From Podarcis liolepis (lineage: Eukaryota): a DNA stretch of 64,000 nt. Shown here in pieces: positions 1 to 13,142 of this stretch. The stretch lies in the NCBI GenBank assembly GCA_965112155.1, contig OZ218107.1, one strand, 5' to 3'. Numbering within the stretch: the stretch's first letter is position 1; each line of letters opens with the position of its first letter. The notes under the pieces are model-generated. The model was given only the letters and a program-made list of their open reading frames with translations, ran no database searches and was not told the origin of the DNA. The translations under genes were made by a program, and so were the position numbers.

Positions 1-39
1 ACAACGATGAAGATGGAACAACAACCGTTTCTTGAATGA

Positions 40-790
40 AAGGAAGCCCCAAGGCGGCCGCCCTCTCCCCTCAGAGGCCCGAGACCCCAGTCCCCCACAG
101 CCGCCCTCCTGCCTTGCTCCTCGCTCGGCGGGTCCAGAGGCCTACAGGGCAGGCGGGGAAAGGGGGTGGGGCCCAGGCTCAGCTTCCCTGCCAGGCCTCG
201 GGCCAAGGCCTCGCTTCCCCCGGGCGACAGAGGGACCCCCGTGCGGGTGGGACCCCCCGCTTCCTCCGCCCGGTCCCTTGGCTCCGCGGGAAGAGGGGCA
301 GAGGCGCGGCGGGGCTTCTCCCGCCTTACCTTCGCGGTACTTCTTGCGCAGCCGCCGGTGGACGCTCTTCACTACCCCGGAGAGCTTCTCCTGCTGCAGC
401 TTCCGCTCTTGCTCCCGGGGCGGCGGCGGCGGCGGGGGGAACGGGAAGGAGGCGGAGGCGCCCGAGGGGGGCCCCAGCTCCGGCTCCATAGCTGTGGTAG
501 CGGCAGCAGGGCGCCTGCGCTCCGCCTCGCTCCCTCCGCGGAAAGGGGGCGGCGGCCGTCGCCAGACTCTTCTGCGCCTCACGGCAAGCCAGGCAGGCAG
601 AATTAAAAGTCTGGCGAAGGTCACGTGGCCCGGCTCGTCTCCCGTGGCTTGCTGGGTAGTGTAGTCTCGCGCTTTTCTTTCCTCTCAGGCGCAGCCGCCG
701 GAAGCGCTGCCCGTTTCCGGATGCTTCGTTGTTGTTTTTCCCACCACCACCCCGCTCCCCGTGGCTTGATGGGAAATGTAGTCCTTAGGC
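40..790 (-). promoter_or_regulatory. CpG-island promoter of SAMTOR
   Basis: Very GC/CpG-rich against an AT-rich background. Motifs: E-box GTCACGTG (620-627); two extended ZNF143/SBS-type motifs (minus strand GACTACACTACCCAGCAAGCCACGGG at ~641-666 and GACTACATTTCCCATCAAGCCACGGG at ~758-783); ETS/GABPA CCGGAAG (698-704) and TTTCCGG (714-720). Confidence 0.8.
330..489 (-). CDS. SAMTOR: First coding exon of SAMTOR/BMT2 (S-adenosylmethionine sensor upstream of mTORC1, C7orf60); the gene continues leftward beyond the window
   Basis: ATG at 489-487 opens [10 protein letters not shown]...[32 protein letters not shown], matching the recalled vertebrate SAMTOR N-terminus ([33 protein letters not shown]). 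The exon is 53 codons + 1 nt and ends at a G|GTAAGG donor (intron starts at 329). Confidence 0.93.
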
Positions 791-1001
791 CTTTGGAATG
801 TTGCTAGCGCTTCTGCTGCCAGGGGCAGCTCTAGGAAGCAAGCATATGCACCAGCGGCGATGCCTAAGCGTAAAGGGGAGGCAGGTTCTCAGAACTGTGG
901 ATTATAAACCACCTAATGCGGTCCAAGTGACATGAAGATCCACCTCCTGCTCGTAACATGATGCAAGGAAGACAAATTATCCAGTTTTTACATCCCCCAC
1001 T

Positions 1002-1227
1002 CATAGGAGCCAACTCCTAGGGGCCACGGGGGCTTTGCCTAACAACAACAACAATTTATTCTTTATACCCCGCCCACTCATAAAATATTTGAGGGGACCA
1101 CACAAACCCCAAGTTGATGGGCATTGTCATTCAAATGCTGTCTCTGCATTGCATCATGTGATCAATTATGCAAAGCTGGGCTTACTTGCCCTCCCACCCA
1201 ATATTTTATTCACGTTGCCCCCCCCTG
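1002..1227. mobile_element. Degenerate hAT-type MITE with CATAGGAGCCAACT end, related to the element at 44581
   Basis: Imperfect terminal inverted repeats. The 8-bp flanks CCCCCACT and CCCTCCCT match at 6/8. Confidence 0.45.
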
Positions 1228-1631
1228 CCCTCCCTTCTTTGTAATAAGAGATGCTTGTAGGGCTTGGTTTGGTCAGCACTAGTAATGTAATACATTTGTT
1301 TAAAAATACATTAAAAACAAACTTGTAAAAAAAACCTAACAAAACCACTCAATCCAGGGACAAGGGAGATTGGCAAGGTTTGGGATTATCCTGCTGTGTC
1401 CCCCAGTTCACCTCAAGGGCAAATCCATTGGCTTCGTTTTTATCCTTTCTGCTTTCTCTCTTGCTAGTCATTCGTTTGCTCTTGATTTTGTACAGATTAG
1501 TCAATTTTTTTAATCATTTGAAGGAGCCTGAACTTTTCCGCACTTGTTTATAGTGTTATTCAACCTGTCCACATTTCCTAAATGCCAATTTCAACCCCTG
1601 CCAACCTCTGAATTTGGGCATTCGTCTAGAG

Positions 1632-1950
1632 CATGGGTAGGCAAACTAAGGCCCAGGGGCCGGATCCGGCCCAATCACCTTCTCAATCCGGCCCGAGGAC
1701 GGTCCAGGAATCAGCGTGTTTTTACATGAGTAGAATGTGCGCTTTTATTTAAAATGCATCTCTGGATTTTTGGGGGGCCTGCCTGGTGTTTTTACATGAG
1801 TAGAATGTGTGCTTTTATTTAAAATGCATCTCGGTTATTTGTTGGGCATAGGAATTTGTTCATTTTCCCCCTTCAAAATATAGTCCGGCTCCCCACAAGG
1901 TCTGAGGGACAGTGGACCGGCCCCCTTCAGAAAAAGTTTGCTGAGCCCTG
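1632..1950. mobile_element. hAT-type MITE, family A (CA[G/T]GGGTAGGCAAAC...GTTTGCTGACCCCTG)
   Basis: Terminal inverted repeats and an internal ~45-bp duplication (1717/1787). Homologous copies at 10785-10938 and 23340-23676. Confidence 0.75.
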
Positions 1951-2578
1951 CGTTACTAAGTGTTCAACTCCTATTCATATCTTGCAGTGCATGCATCAAA
2001 TCAACCTCTTGTGCCAAATTCCTTCTACCTGTCTATCTTTAACCGGTACCATACTATTTCATATTTAACTTCAAGCATGTAGCTTTTTTTAATGAGAGAA
2101 ACTACATAGATATATTTTTTGAAAAGTTGCAAAACAAAGGCCATGTTGTTCATAGGATGGGAAACCAATACTAAAATGTCATAAACAGAATTGTGATATA
2201 GGGTCACAGTGAAAAATTGAAACTACAGTTCAAATATAAAAGAAGTCTCATATTTTATTCTGAACTTGAAGAGTTGCTAGATAATCAGAAAGATAACCGG
2301 GCTGGCCTGCTCCTATGACTTTAAGAGCAGCTTGATGTACAGACATCAGCAGATGAAGCCAGGCCACTTTGATAAACATTATAGCCTGCTAATGTCTGCA
2401 CATCAGGGTATTCTTAAAGGAGTGGTTATTTGAAAATTACTTAACCCTAGGTGCCAACCACCCCAACCTACTTATCTAGGGTTATTATCCCTTTTCTGTC
2501 AAGAGAGCTGACAAAAGTTAAAAAGGTCATTATTTCTTGGTGGTAGTTTTGGTTAACATAAGCAATATACAGAAGCAG

Positions 2579-2579
2579 A

Positions 2580-2618
<39 letters not shown>
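2579..2618. repeat. (CA)n microsatellite
   Basis: Directly visible. Confidence 0.95.
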
Positions 2619-2620
<2 letters not shown>

Positions 2621-2724
2621 ACAGTATGTGTATATGTACATATATAAGGATCTGCATTCAGAGCCACTTTCAATTGCATATTTTGAAGTTATCAAAGGTA
2701 ACTTCTTGTTTTTATTCCTTATTC

Positions 2725-2775
2725 CAAGGGGGTTGGACTAGATGAGGTGCCTTCCAACTGCACAGTTCTATGATT
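2725..2775 (+). mobile_element. CR1 LINE 3'-end fragment
   Basis: GGGGGTTGGACTAGATGA...CCTTCCAAC...TTCTATGATT is the typical CR1 3' hairpin plus the ATTCTATG tail. Confidence 0.6.
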
Positions 2776-3022
2776 TCACCTATGTTCTTTTGGCATGTCT
2801 AACGCAACACGAGCATTATTAATTTTAAGCAAACAGGTGGGAGCCAGACTAAGTCTGCCATCCTAGGTATGCTTACGAGGAAGTAATTTTGATTAAACCC
2901 AACAAGTTACTCCTGAACAGACAAAGAATTGCACTGTAAGTTGCATTTAGTTCCCAGTGAAATAAATGAGACCCAAGTCATCACTAACTTTTTCAAGTTT
3001 TTTAAAAATGGGCCCCGTGTAA

Positions 3023-3111
3023 CAGTGCAATCCTCTGCACATTTACTCGGAGACAAATCCCACTCAGTTAAATGGAGCTACTTACAGGTGAACATGCCTA
3101 GGATTGCAGCC
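3023..3111. repeat. ~90-bp quasi-palindromic dispersed repeat (GCAATCCT...TTACTC...GTAAG...AGGATTGCAGCC)
   Basis: Related copies at about 6275-6360, 12880-13010, 17445-17533, 18252-18330, 18560-18651, 28645-28723, 31912-31998 and 55775-55803. The ends are self-complementary. Confidence 0.65.
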
Positions 3112-3705
3112 TTTGTCTTGATTCAATCCAAAGGCTGGGTGCACCACAGAAATTATGTTTCAAACATCTGTTCTTAAAGCTGTAGGGAGCTGTAAGTACT
3201 TCTTAATATTCTCCATCATGCTAAAATGATATACTAAGCACAACAGGAACATGGGGACATGTTAAAATATAATATACAAGACGCTTGGATGATTTCTAGG
3301 AGACAAACTTCAGGTTACTCTTTCAAAACCAGGCCTATCTTGAGGGTATATTGTACTGGATAAGGAAGGACACTAACAAAATCACATCTAGGCACTTGCA
3401 CACCTAGATAGATGCCCGTTCAGGATTATCAACAACTCTGTGCTATCAAGAACAATAAGCGACCTTTCCACACAATGGTGCCAAAGCAGCTAACAACAAA
3501 CAAGATAAAAGGCAAGAGAAACAGTCCTGAGAAACACAATGCATAGAATAAGAAGGTAAGAATCCCCAGCCAGGTGAGTAGGACCCTGGTAGAGACACAT
3601 GCCTAACTGGAATGTTCTCTCCCTCCTGGTCGTTCCTTCGGGAGCTTCAAAAGCTTTCTTCAGCCTGAATATCACATTGAACGATGCCAACAGACACAGG
3701 CACAC

Positions 3706-3997
3706 TTAGGGATCCACAGAGTCTTCGCAGCTTGCATAACAGACCTCAGCAACTCAGCATTTTGGCTAATCTACTTTATTTACATATAAGCACACACGGA
3801 ACACTGCAAGATGGCTCCCTCTCTCTCTAGCATCAGACAGCAAAGAGAAAGAACAAAGGACAATAGTCCCACTTCACGGAACACAGTAACACAAATATCC
3901 TGTCTCCATCACTTCCCACTCGGTGGAGTCAAAACATACACCATCATGTGATAGACAACAATCCCATGACTGCAATCACAGAGCAGGAATTCTAACA
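3706..3997 (-). mobile_element. Possible solo LTR
   Basis: Minus strand begins TGTTAG and has AATAAA at 3780-3775. The far end is degenerate and no TSD was found. Confidence 0.3.
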
Positions 3998-4741
3998 GAG
4001 AAGACACGCACAGTAAGTGAGCTTTTTCCTTACTACTGTGTTCAGCACTAAGGAAGCGAATATAAGGCCTATGTGTTTTGGTTCTCATCCTTTCCTCTTA
4101 TTTAAAGCACCCCTACCCATATAAACCTCCCTAAACAATGAGGTACATCCTCTTCAGAGGCCCTTTGTGACTCACCTACTAACAGGCAAGTGGACAAGGA
4201 CTAGGGTTCCCCCCCCCCAGGCCACACACCCACAACCTGTTCTGCTTTTTCAGCATGGGGCAAAACCCATTTTATGCACCCAGGTTTTTAAGTACAATTT
4301 TCATTTGTGATTCAGGTTCCACATTTTAATCCTGATTTCTGTCAATTTGTGTGACTGATTACTGTAAGCCACACAGGAAAACTCAAAGCAGGCCCAAAAG
4401 TGAGTAAAAAGAAAATGCATTCATACTTACTCCTGCTGCTCTCGCCTGATGCATTGCTTCCCCTTATCATTATGTTAAACAAGGTAAGGCTAGAAGGGCA
4501 TGAAGTGTGCTTTCTTGATGTGTGTAGCACAGCCGCTGTGCTCAAGCCCCTAGGTACCCTATACACTTACAGCAATCCTCTCAAACATGACACCTGTGCC
4601 AAATAATCCCTTTACCCAATTGGTGGGCTGGCCAGATATCTGATAGCCAGATAATTAGATGGTGGGGTGGACCTGAAAATGATCTGCTAAGAATACTGCA
4701 GAATCTAAATGTGCACTTTTCTTTTTTTTTACCTTAATCTT

Positions 4742-5297
4742 TGTTATATTCATTCATATATGACATAAGTTGGTAGAATAGGTGGCTCAAGGAAAGAATA
4801 ACGCCATTACTATTAGATTATCCCCCATCCATCCCATGGTCTCTGCACCTTGTCTCTATTCTGTTCCTTCCACAGCATTCTGCTGTACAGAAATGTGGGG
4901 CCTTTTCTGGTATGCTGATCATTAAATAATGCTAAAAGCTTCCCATATTGCTAGATAGTTAAGTCACACCCTCTCTCCTCCAGAGAGGAAGTGAAGTTTC
5001 TTTCCTCTTCCTTCCTCTCTCTCCCTCTCTGCATTATGTAGCCAACAAAGACGGATGTGTATAAGCTAGTTCAGAACTTAGAGCACATGTCTGAAGCTAT
5101 CTTGCTGTATTTTCTACTGAAGAGCATTTTGATTGTTTTATCCTTGCTGTTGCATGGAACAATGCATGACGGAGTCCTTGAATCTGTAAGTATAGCATTT
5201 TAAACTTACTTAACAGTGTGTGGTCTGCTCGTTGCAAGAGAGGGTAGAAAGAGGTTAGCTGCTGTGTGTAGCTGAAGCTGGATAAAAAGGTTTAACA
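4742..5297 (+). mobile_element. Possible solo LTR
   Basis: TGTTA...TAACA termini and LTR-like composition, but no convincing TSD. Confidence 0.3.
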
Positions 5298-6563
5298 GCC
5301 TATATTCATGATGATTCACTGTGCTGTTTATTTTGTGAATTTAATACCCTGCAGCTGGAGATCTCTGTGTGCTAGCCCCATGTTTTGAATTCAGGCACCC
5401 AGCCATTTCTTTTTGTTGTTTACCCACACATGGATTCATATATTTAATTCCCCACACTTCATGCTCACAAATGGATCTGAAGGATTTTATATACAGTGTC
5501 CCTGCTCATATCTTCATATCTTCATTTATTTTAGCAAGCCTCCCTGTTGAAATCTTTTGCTGAGTCATTCACAGCAATAGCTAGATTCTATGAGTGTATA
5601 TGTTTACACCCCCTATTGCAGTCAGTATGAATACACCAGTGTAGTAGGCTTCTGAATTTCCTCCATGGGATAATAATCTAAGCATTTGCTACGTGTTTAG
5701 CAGGACTTATCCAGCCCTCAGCAATGACCCCTGTGTCCTGTTGACTATTTCCCCCCTTCCCTTTCTTCTTACAGTTCCTGTCTGCCATGAGCTATTACTG
5801 ATTTTCAAGCTGCTTCTTTTGTGTCAACCTTTTTGTTGGCACACAAGTTTCTTTCTTTCTTTTCTTCTTTAGCAAATGTTGTCAAAACAGTCAGCCAGTC
5901 CAACAGGCTCTCCTGTCTTGATGTCACTCAGAATGGCCTGTGTCTTTTGCATGGATTCATGATTTTGTCAGCACTTGCTATGTATAATCTTGCTTACTAG
6001 TCAGTTCATGTGCAGTGTGCTGAGGACAGTACACTGATGTCAGGAAATGACAGGACAGAGGAGGAGATGTTAGTTGGGCTAATCTAAAGAGGCTGGCGAT
6101 ATCATAAATATTTAAAAACTGGAATATTTGTGTCTACTGAAGCCAGGGCAAGACTCAAGAAAACAGAGACTACCGAAACAGCATCCAAAGAACTCGTGTA
6201 ATACTAATTAGTACTAAATTAAGCTTGTATATATATTTTTCCCAACTGTGTACCTTTAAGACATTCTTTTCAGCACAACCCTAACCCTATCTACTCAGAA
6301 TTAAGTCCCATTATATTTTGTGGGTCTTACTCCCAGGTAAGTATGATTAGGACTGCAGTCTTAGTATGAAGTAGCAGATGTTAAGAGAATATATAAAAAA
6401 ATGTTAGGGTGGAGTAGGAGACAGACAGAGAGAGAAATTTAGTAATGTAACATAACACTTAGGTATTGTTCTGACCATTGGACTGTTTGTCTCTTTTGTT
6501 AAGCAGGTTGCTAGCCAATGGCCCAGAATAGCTAGTAGGTATTTTTTTAATGGGAGCTAATGG

Positions 6564-6806
6564 CAACCTAGCAGTTCGAAAGCACATCAAAGTGCAAGTA
6601 GATAAATAGGTACCGCTCCAGCGGGAAGGTAAATGGCGCTTCCGTGCGCTGCTCTGGTTCACCAGAAGCAGCTTAGTCATGCTGGCCACATGACCCAGAA
6701 GCTGTCTGCCAGCTCCCTCGGCCAATAAAGCAAGATGAGTGCCGCAACCCCAGAGTCGGTCACGACTGGACCTAATGGTCAGAGGTCCCTTTACCTTTAC
6801 CTTTAC
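6564..6806 (+). mobile_element. Sauria SINE (Squam1-type), 5'-truncated
   Basis: Body GCAGTTCGAAAGCAC...AGTCATGCTGGCCACATGACC...CCAGAGTCGGTCACGACTGG followed by an (ACCTTT)n tail. Confidence 0.88.
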
Positions 6807-7694
6807 TGGCTGGCAAATGTACAGAGATCATATCTGGAATCCTTGGGATGTAAGCAGAGGCTACGGCAGGACCCCCAACATTTTTGGACCCCAGGGGGGC
6901 ACTATTGGTAACTCTAAAAAACTGTTGTGGACATCACAAAATACCCACTTTAAAGAAGGAAAAACTGGTGTTACTCAGAACCAACAGGGAAGGGCAGGGG
7001 CTTTGTGGGGCACCAAGGGGCAGGTATCAAAGCACCTACAAGTGCCATTTTGGGGATGCCATGTGATACGAAAGAATTCATTTTCTCCTCCACAGGCCAT
7101 CCCAGTGAAAGGGAAGAGGTTACGATAGGTATGTGTAGAGAAACCTGCGGTTTGGAAAAGCAAGGCACAGTGAAACACATGGAGATTGCTGAGAGCTATC
7201 TGTCAGCTCTGAAGATGCATTGAGGTGTAGAATTGAGGGCCGATTCAGCACTTGACTTGCTGGAATGTCGATCTGTAATGCAAGGCAAAAGCAAGTTAAT
7301 GCTATGGGTGAAGAACCTCATGACTGCTCTTAAAAATATTGTGCCTTCTTTAACCTACCGGATAATGATGGTGTTGATAATGATTATAGTCATTACAATC
7401 ATTCTGCCATTATATTTTTAATGTGTTTTTTCCCAAAGGGCTTGCACTTTTCTCCCTGTAGCACTAGTGAACACAGCTACTGTCTTTTTAAAAAAGCGAG
7501 CAGCTTTCCACTTGGTTTGCAAGACTACTTTCATTGCAGAAGGATCCATTCTTTATGCTAAGCTGAAAGAGTGGTCACGCTATCGTCAGAGTTGAACTAG
7601 CATCACGGTTTCTCGGCTGCTGAGCTGAAGGTGCTCCCTTTGTTGTCTGTGCAATTCTTTATTCTGTTGTCCCTTCACTGGTTCAAACTGTGTA

Positions 7695-7875
7695 CAGTGG
7701 TACCTCAGGTTAAGTACTTAATTCATTCTGGAGGTCCGTTCTTAACCTGAAACTGTTCTTAACCTGAAGCACCACTTTAGCTAATGGGGCCTCCCGCTGC
7801 ACAATTTCTGTTCTCATCCTGAAGCAAAGTTCTTAACCCGAGGTACTATTTCTGGGTTAGCGGAGTCTGTAACCT
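7695..7875. mobile_element. Tc1/mariner-type MITE, truncated copy of the 27069 family
   Basis: Left end TA|CAGTGGTACCTC; collinear with 27069-27294. Confidence 0.75.
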
Positions 7876-10784
7876 CTGCACTCTATACTCACTCCAGTGA
7901 TGTCACTGGAACTGTCTGGAGGAAGCAGTCTTGTATTATTGATTCATTCATTGAACTACTCTATTCATTTCAGTTTGGTGCCTAGAAATCTGTAGTAATC
8001 TTGCATTCTGTTCTGAAATCCTTGCAAGTTACCTTATCGGCCATTTATGTACTTGTGTGGTTCTAGGATTGCTCAGGGCTCTAGCTCTTCTGGTGAGTCA
8101 AGCCAACAGGCCATTTGCAGATGTTTTAAGATGTATGTAATCTTGGCTCTTAAGATGCTTGCTGTTGCTGAATCCACATACATGTACTAGGTCCCAGAGA
8201 TGAGTGTCCACAAGTGTCCACAATCTATGACAGTGACTGCTGATCCATGCTAAATATGAGCAGTTTTCACAGCTCAACGGTTTAAGGTCTATTACAAAGT
8301 TAATTGCGGTGCTATTGCTATATGCACACAACTTTTGACTTAATTCTGGTACAGTTCCGAAACCAAAAATACAATCAATATAAGGAATATTTTGGGCAGG
8401 GAAGGCTATTTGCAAATGTTCTTCCAGTTTATAGATTCAAATGTCATGCTCCATTTCACGTGGCTGTGCTGAAAATAAGGCTAGTTCAGCTCTTTGTGCC
8501 ATAAGGACCTAATTGTAATTCAGCGAGGAGAACAGGGGTCTCCTAAGAACTATCAACACATTTAACAAGCTTCCATTCCCAGGGTTCTTTGGGGGAAGCC
8601 ACAAGTCTTAAGGTAGTATAGGCGCTGTAAATATATGGTGTGGGTCTGGGTATTATCTACCCTTTCCACAAACAAATCAGAGTGAATGCTCCTTAAATAG
8701 CCCATGCCATCTGATCTTCCTACAAACAAATCAGGATGAATGCTCAGTAAACAGGTCTTCTGGAACCATACCGAGAGGGCAAAACAGAAGTTCAGGACCT
8801 GGACAGCTCCAAATCACACTGGGACAGAATTTAATGGCTCCAGGATTCCAAGAGCTAGCGTGTTGCTCCAGTAAAGTCTGGAGCTAATTGAAGATTTAAA
8901 TTGTCTGCAGATAAATCAGAGAAGAAAGGCTCTGGAGATAAATCCTGTCTTTTAAAATCTGGCAAGATTTACCTTGGAAATGGTCTCCGACCATTGTTTT
9001 CTTGCAGAGGAGCTATTTTACCTCTGTTCCTTTAAAATGACTTAAAAACACATTTTCTATCTCACCTATTAAAGTAATCAAGGTGGCTAACAGCAAAAAA
9101 CAGTCCACAATTCAACAAAAATATAAAAATGATAGTCACAATGTAAAAGCATGGCAACAGGTAAAACCAGATGGTTATTTCTTAAGCAGCGAAACTGGTA
9201 TAAAATGATATATATCTGTAGTACAGATAGGACTTCCATTCCGTCACCCTTGATGAAACTGATTCCTTCTGTGGTTTTGGATGATATAGATCCTGGGGCC
9301 AAAATAGTCATAAAGTCCTGCCATTCCTGTGTACAGACAGCACCCAATAGTTGTGTTATTTGCATTGTATCAAGAGAAAGAAATTACAACATCACAGTGT
9401 AAGACTCCTAAAATTGGAAGGGACTAAAAGGCTCTTGTTGTGAGGCATTGCCATTTGCAAGCCATACTTTTAGCAATGCATTTTGCATTTTGCTTTGTTA
9501 GAAATAAAAGCAATTTTCAGAGTAAGTGCTTTTGCAAATGCAAGCTGCATATGCCTATAAGGAAATAAAAATATATCTTTAGAGCTAAGCCTAGCTATTT
9601 TGTCGCAATACTTACCCTGGGGAAGGAAATCCAGTTGGTCTCGCAGCTGGTTTTGTAGCTGATGTCATTTTTTGATACTCATTCCCTTCAGGTATAAGAG
9701 CATTTGAAAAGAAAGGAGTCATTTAAGTGAGGAAGCGGGAGTACCAAATTATGTTACTTGAACCATTCCTGTGCTTTTTATCCATGCCTGCAGGTCGTGT
9801 TAATTGTCGTTCTTACTTTTTTTTTAATATTCCAAATTATCCTTTATAAGCAAAATGCAATATAGCAAGTATGCACCATCTGCAGCGCTCAAATGAAACT
9901 TTCAGGGAGCAGTTTCTCTTGCAAGCCTGACTTTCCCAATTGAAAGTGTATGATTACAATTCCTGCTTGTATATATAATAGAAAAATGGATAGACGGAGA
10001 AGGTGTAAAGGTGCTCAGCCCAAATTAGTGCAGGTGATCTCTATTGTGTAAACTGGTCTTCTGCATCTGTATCACGTATTGGTTTAGGAACTGTGGGGTG
10101 TAAATTAGATGCACATCTCAATGTACACATGAAGGAGCACCTTCATATACACCCTCTGGGCTAGCCAGTTGCCCTCAGGTATGGTGGAGGATGCCCTGTC
10201 ATCAGTACTGAGGTAGGATTCAATTCTCAGTCCAGTTGGCCACTTTACCTGGCATTGGGTGAGGGACACCATCTTGTCCTTTGCCTCAGGCAGCAAAATG
10301 TCTTGAGGTGGCTCTGTGCTACACACCCCTAGCCACAGAAAAATGTTTTTATGCATTATTGTAGATGGACTTGAGCAGCTTAACTTCTCCCTCAAAAAGT
10401 AAACACCACCGTAGCTGGTCTACATTTTGTGATAGGTGCAAATATGTTCTTAAGATGCTTGTCCGTTTAGTATTTAGGTGTGCAATGCTGCATTCTGGAG
10501 GAGGTTATGTGATACAGGAAAGCAGAGTAAGTGAAGCAGTAGAACCTGGGAAAGTAAGATGGGAGAAAGGATGGGTTTTGTTCTCCCCGCCACACTCTGT
10601 TTAGTTATAAAATTAAACCCACCCTCAGTTTTATCTGTAATAGAAAGTCCGCACTGTGGATCATGATACAGTTTGAAGTAGAAACTTCTCTTTCATGACT
10701 GAAGAGACTGAATGGATGAAATTATAGTATGTGCTTGGGAGGGAGCCTGTCTACTGACTCTCCCCAGAAAATTATAGGGGCCTG

Positions 10785-10938
10785 CATGAGTAGAATGTGT
10801 GCTTTTATTTAAAATGCATCTCTGGGTTATTTGTGGGGAATAGGAATTCATTCATTTCCACCCCAATATAGTCCGGCCCCCCACAAGGTCTGAGAGACAG
10901 TGGACCAGCCCCCTGCTGAAAAAGTTTGCTGATCCCTG
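10785..10938. mobile_element. hAT MITE family A, partial
   Basis: Matches the right half of 1632-1950 and ends GTTTGCTGATCCCTG. Confidence 0.75.
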
Positions 10939-11099
10939 ATCTATACATTTTTATTGAACTTGTGCCCATTACTGTATAGATCTTTAATTCCAGTCAGTTC
11001 TGTCTGCAAGGGCAGTTCTTTATTCTGGTTGTAGTTTATACATAACTGATTCTGGTACCTGTTCCCAACTTGTTAACTTTTATGAAGATTACCCGCTCT

Positions 11100-11374
11100 G
11101 AGACCCCACAGCTAATTCTCCCCTGGTCTCCTCGCTGGCCCAAGTAGGACTAATTCAGCCAGCTAGCCCTGGTGATTATCTAATGCTTATTAGATGGATT
11201 TCCCCTAAATTGATTTCTGAACTTTGAATTTTATTGTTATTCATGTTTTTATACTGTATTTTATGCTGCTTTTACAATTAAGTGTTTTAGATTTGTTGTT
11301 AGCCGCCCTGAGCCTGGTTTTTGAACCAGGAAGGGCGGTGTATAAATAAAAATTTATTATTATTTATTATTATT
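11100..11374 (+). mobile_element. LINE (L2-like) 3' end
   Basis: T-rich UTR, terminal hairpin AGCCGCCCTGAG...GAAGGGCGG, AAATAAA and a (TTA)n tail. Confidence 0.55.
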
Positions 11375-13142
11375 GTGGGCCTCTACGTGGAGGCTCTTTT
11401 AAATTGCTCTGTGTAACAGGTGGTGTCGCTTTGTAAATAGTGTGGGTGAGTCTGTGTTTATTGTGTGAGTTGCGTGCTTTTTAGTACACCGCTGCAAACA
11501 TCGTAAAACAAAAGTTCCAGTAGCAGGGTCAAAGGTAACCCATTCCATGTGATAAGGAGTTTATTGTGGGGTGACAGATGCTTTGTGGCAAAGTTTATTT
11601 TAGAGCAGCTTCTACACGGAAAGAGCTGCCTGAATTTGGTTCTGTTGTCTGCTGCAGAACAGCTCTGGAATCATTAGTTGAAGATGGTGGTCAAACATAT
11701 GGTGGCCTCATCACCTATAGGAACTTGTGGAGCTGCCGACAAGCTTATCATTTCTTTGAAGAGCTCCCATTTGTTCAATGGAAAAATATGCCATTGGATT
11801 ATATTCTCATTGAAATAATATACACATGGTTGACTAAAATAGGAAGACTAGGGCAGTCAACACCAGTTCAGAATCTGTGGGTCTCAGTAAATATTCCCTC
11901 AAAAGTATTCCCTCAGAAATACTCCCTCAAAAATAAAGCACAAGAAATTACTCTCTGGTTCATGCTCAGTTCCTGTTTGCACTGGCTTGGCTTCTCCTAC
12001 ATTGAACGTATCCTCTTAAATATACCCACTGGACACCAGGATTGGAGAACAACTGTTTCATTCTGAACAGAAGAGAGGTGCAAAGAGCTTCTCTCTGGGA
12101 GCAAGTGTAGCAGTGATTGACATAGGTGTGTTTTCCCCCTATGGATGGGCCGGCACGTCTGCACCATTGTGCATCCCTTTCTCTTTTCCAACAGGCATTT
12201 TGTGATATGCAACTGCCCTGTCACAGCCATTTTGTGGTATGTCACAAATACCCTGCACCCATTTTGTGGCCGGCACCCACAGCACCATCTCAAAATTCCA
12301 AATGCACTTGTGGTTCCTGAACTAGGGGGAAATATTCCAATATTTCTTTCTTTAAGAAGCAAAGCAGTTTCAATCTGCCTTTATATACTACCCTGTGAAT
12401 TGCTCGATTGTTTATCTCTTTTGAGGCAGCATGTCCAAAACTTCATTGCTGTGAAACAGTGATTCAATCTGTATTAGACAATACATTATCCAAGCCACTT
12501 TTTATATATTGCACTGTGTACAGTGAAAAATGCTCTATAAACAATCTTATAAAACCAACTGAGCAGCCTAACTGTATAGCCTCAGTGTATACTTTATCTC
12601 TTCGTTTATATAGACTGCAATAAGCAAATGCTTGTAGTGTCCTATGGGGACTGCAAATTAAATTGAAAATTGTTTTGACTTATGTGCAATGTACTGTACA
12701 GTATAAAAAACCTTCCCAAATAAACTGTAATAGCTGAGGGGGAAGATGAATTACAGCACAGAGGATAAAGTAAAAGAAGCATTGGCAATGTGTGGACCAT
12801 TTTTGGCGCTTGAGGGAAAAGAAGGCATGAGACAATGTGCATCAGATTAGAAATTAGGGCTCAGTGCCAGATGTAAGATGCAGTTTTATATATGCTTACC
12901 TGGGAGTAAGTCTCCTTGAATTAGAGAGTGTGTACTTTTGAGCAGATATGTATGATGCATTCCTACATGTACTTACCCAGGAGGAAGTGGTCATTGATTT
13001 CAATGGGAGAAAATTAAGCACATGGTTAATTCTCTCAATGGAAGAAACAGACAAATTTATATAATAGAATGTCTCTATTACAGTCTTTTGATAAAGAAAT
13101 TCCTAAGGTGGCATGCATATATATGAAATACCCTGCAAAGTC

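Noticed and set aside
32-664. Plus-strand ORFs of 146-210 aa and the upstream extension of the minus-strand 160-aa ORF
   Set aside because: These are by-products of the GC-rich CpG island. Only 330-489 on the minus strand matches a known protein and ends at a splice donor.
11578-12066. 162-aa ORF
   Set aside because: No recognisable homology, domain or splice context; consistent with chance.
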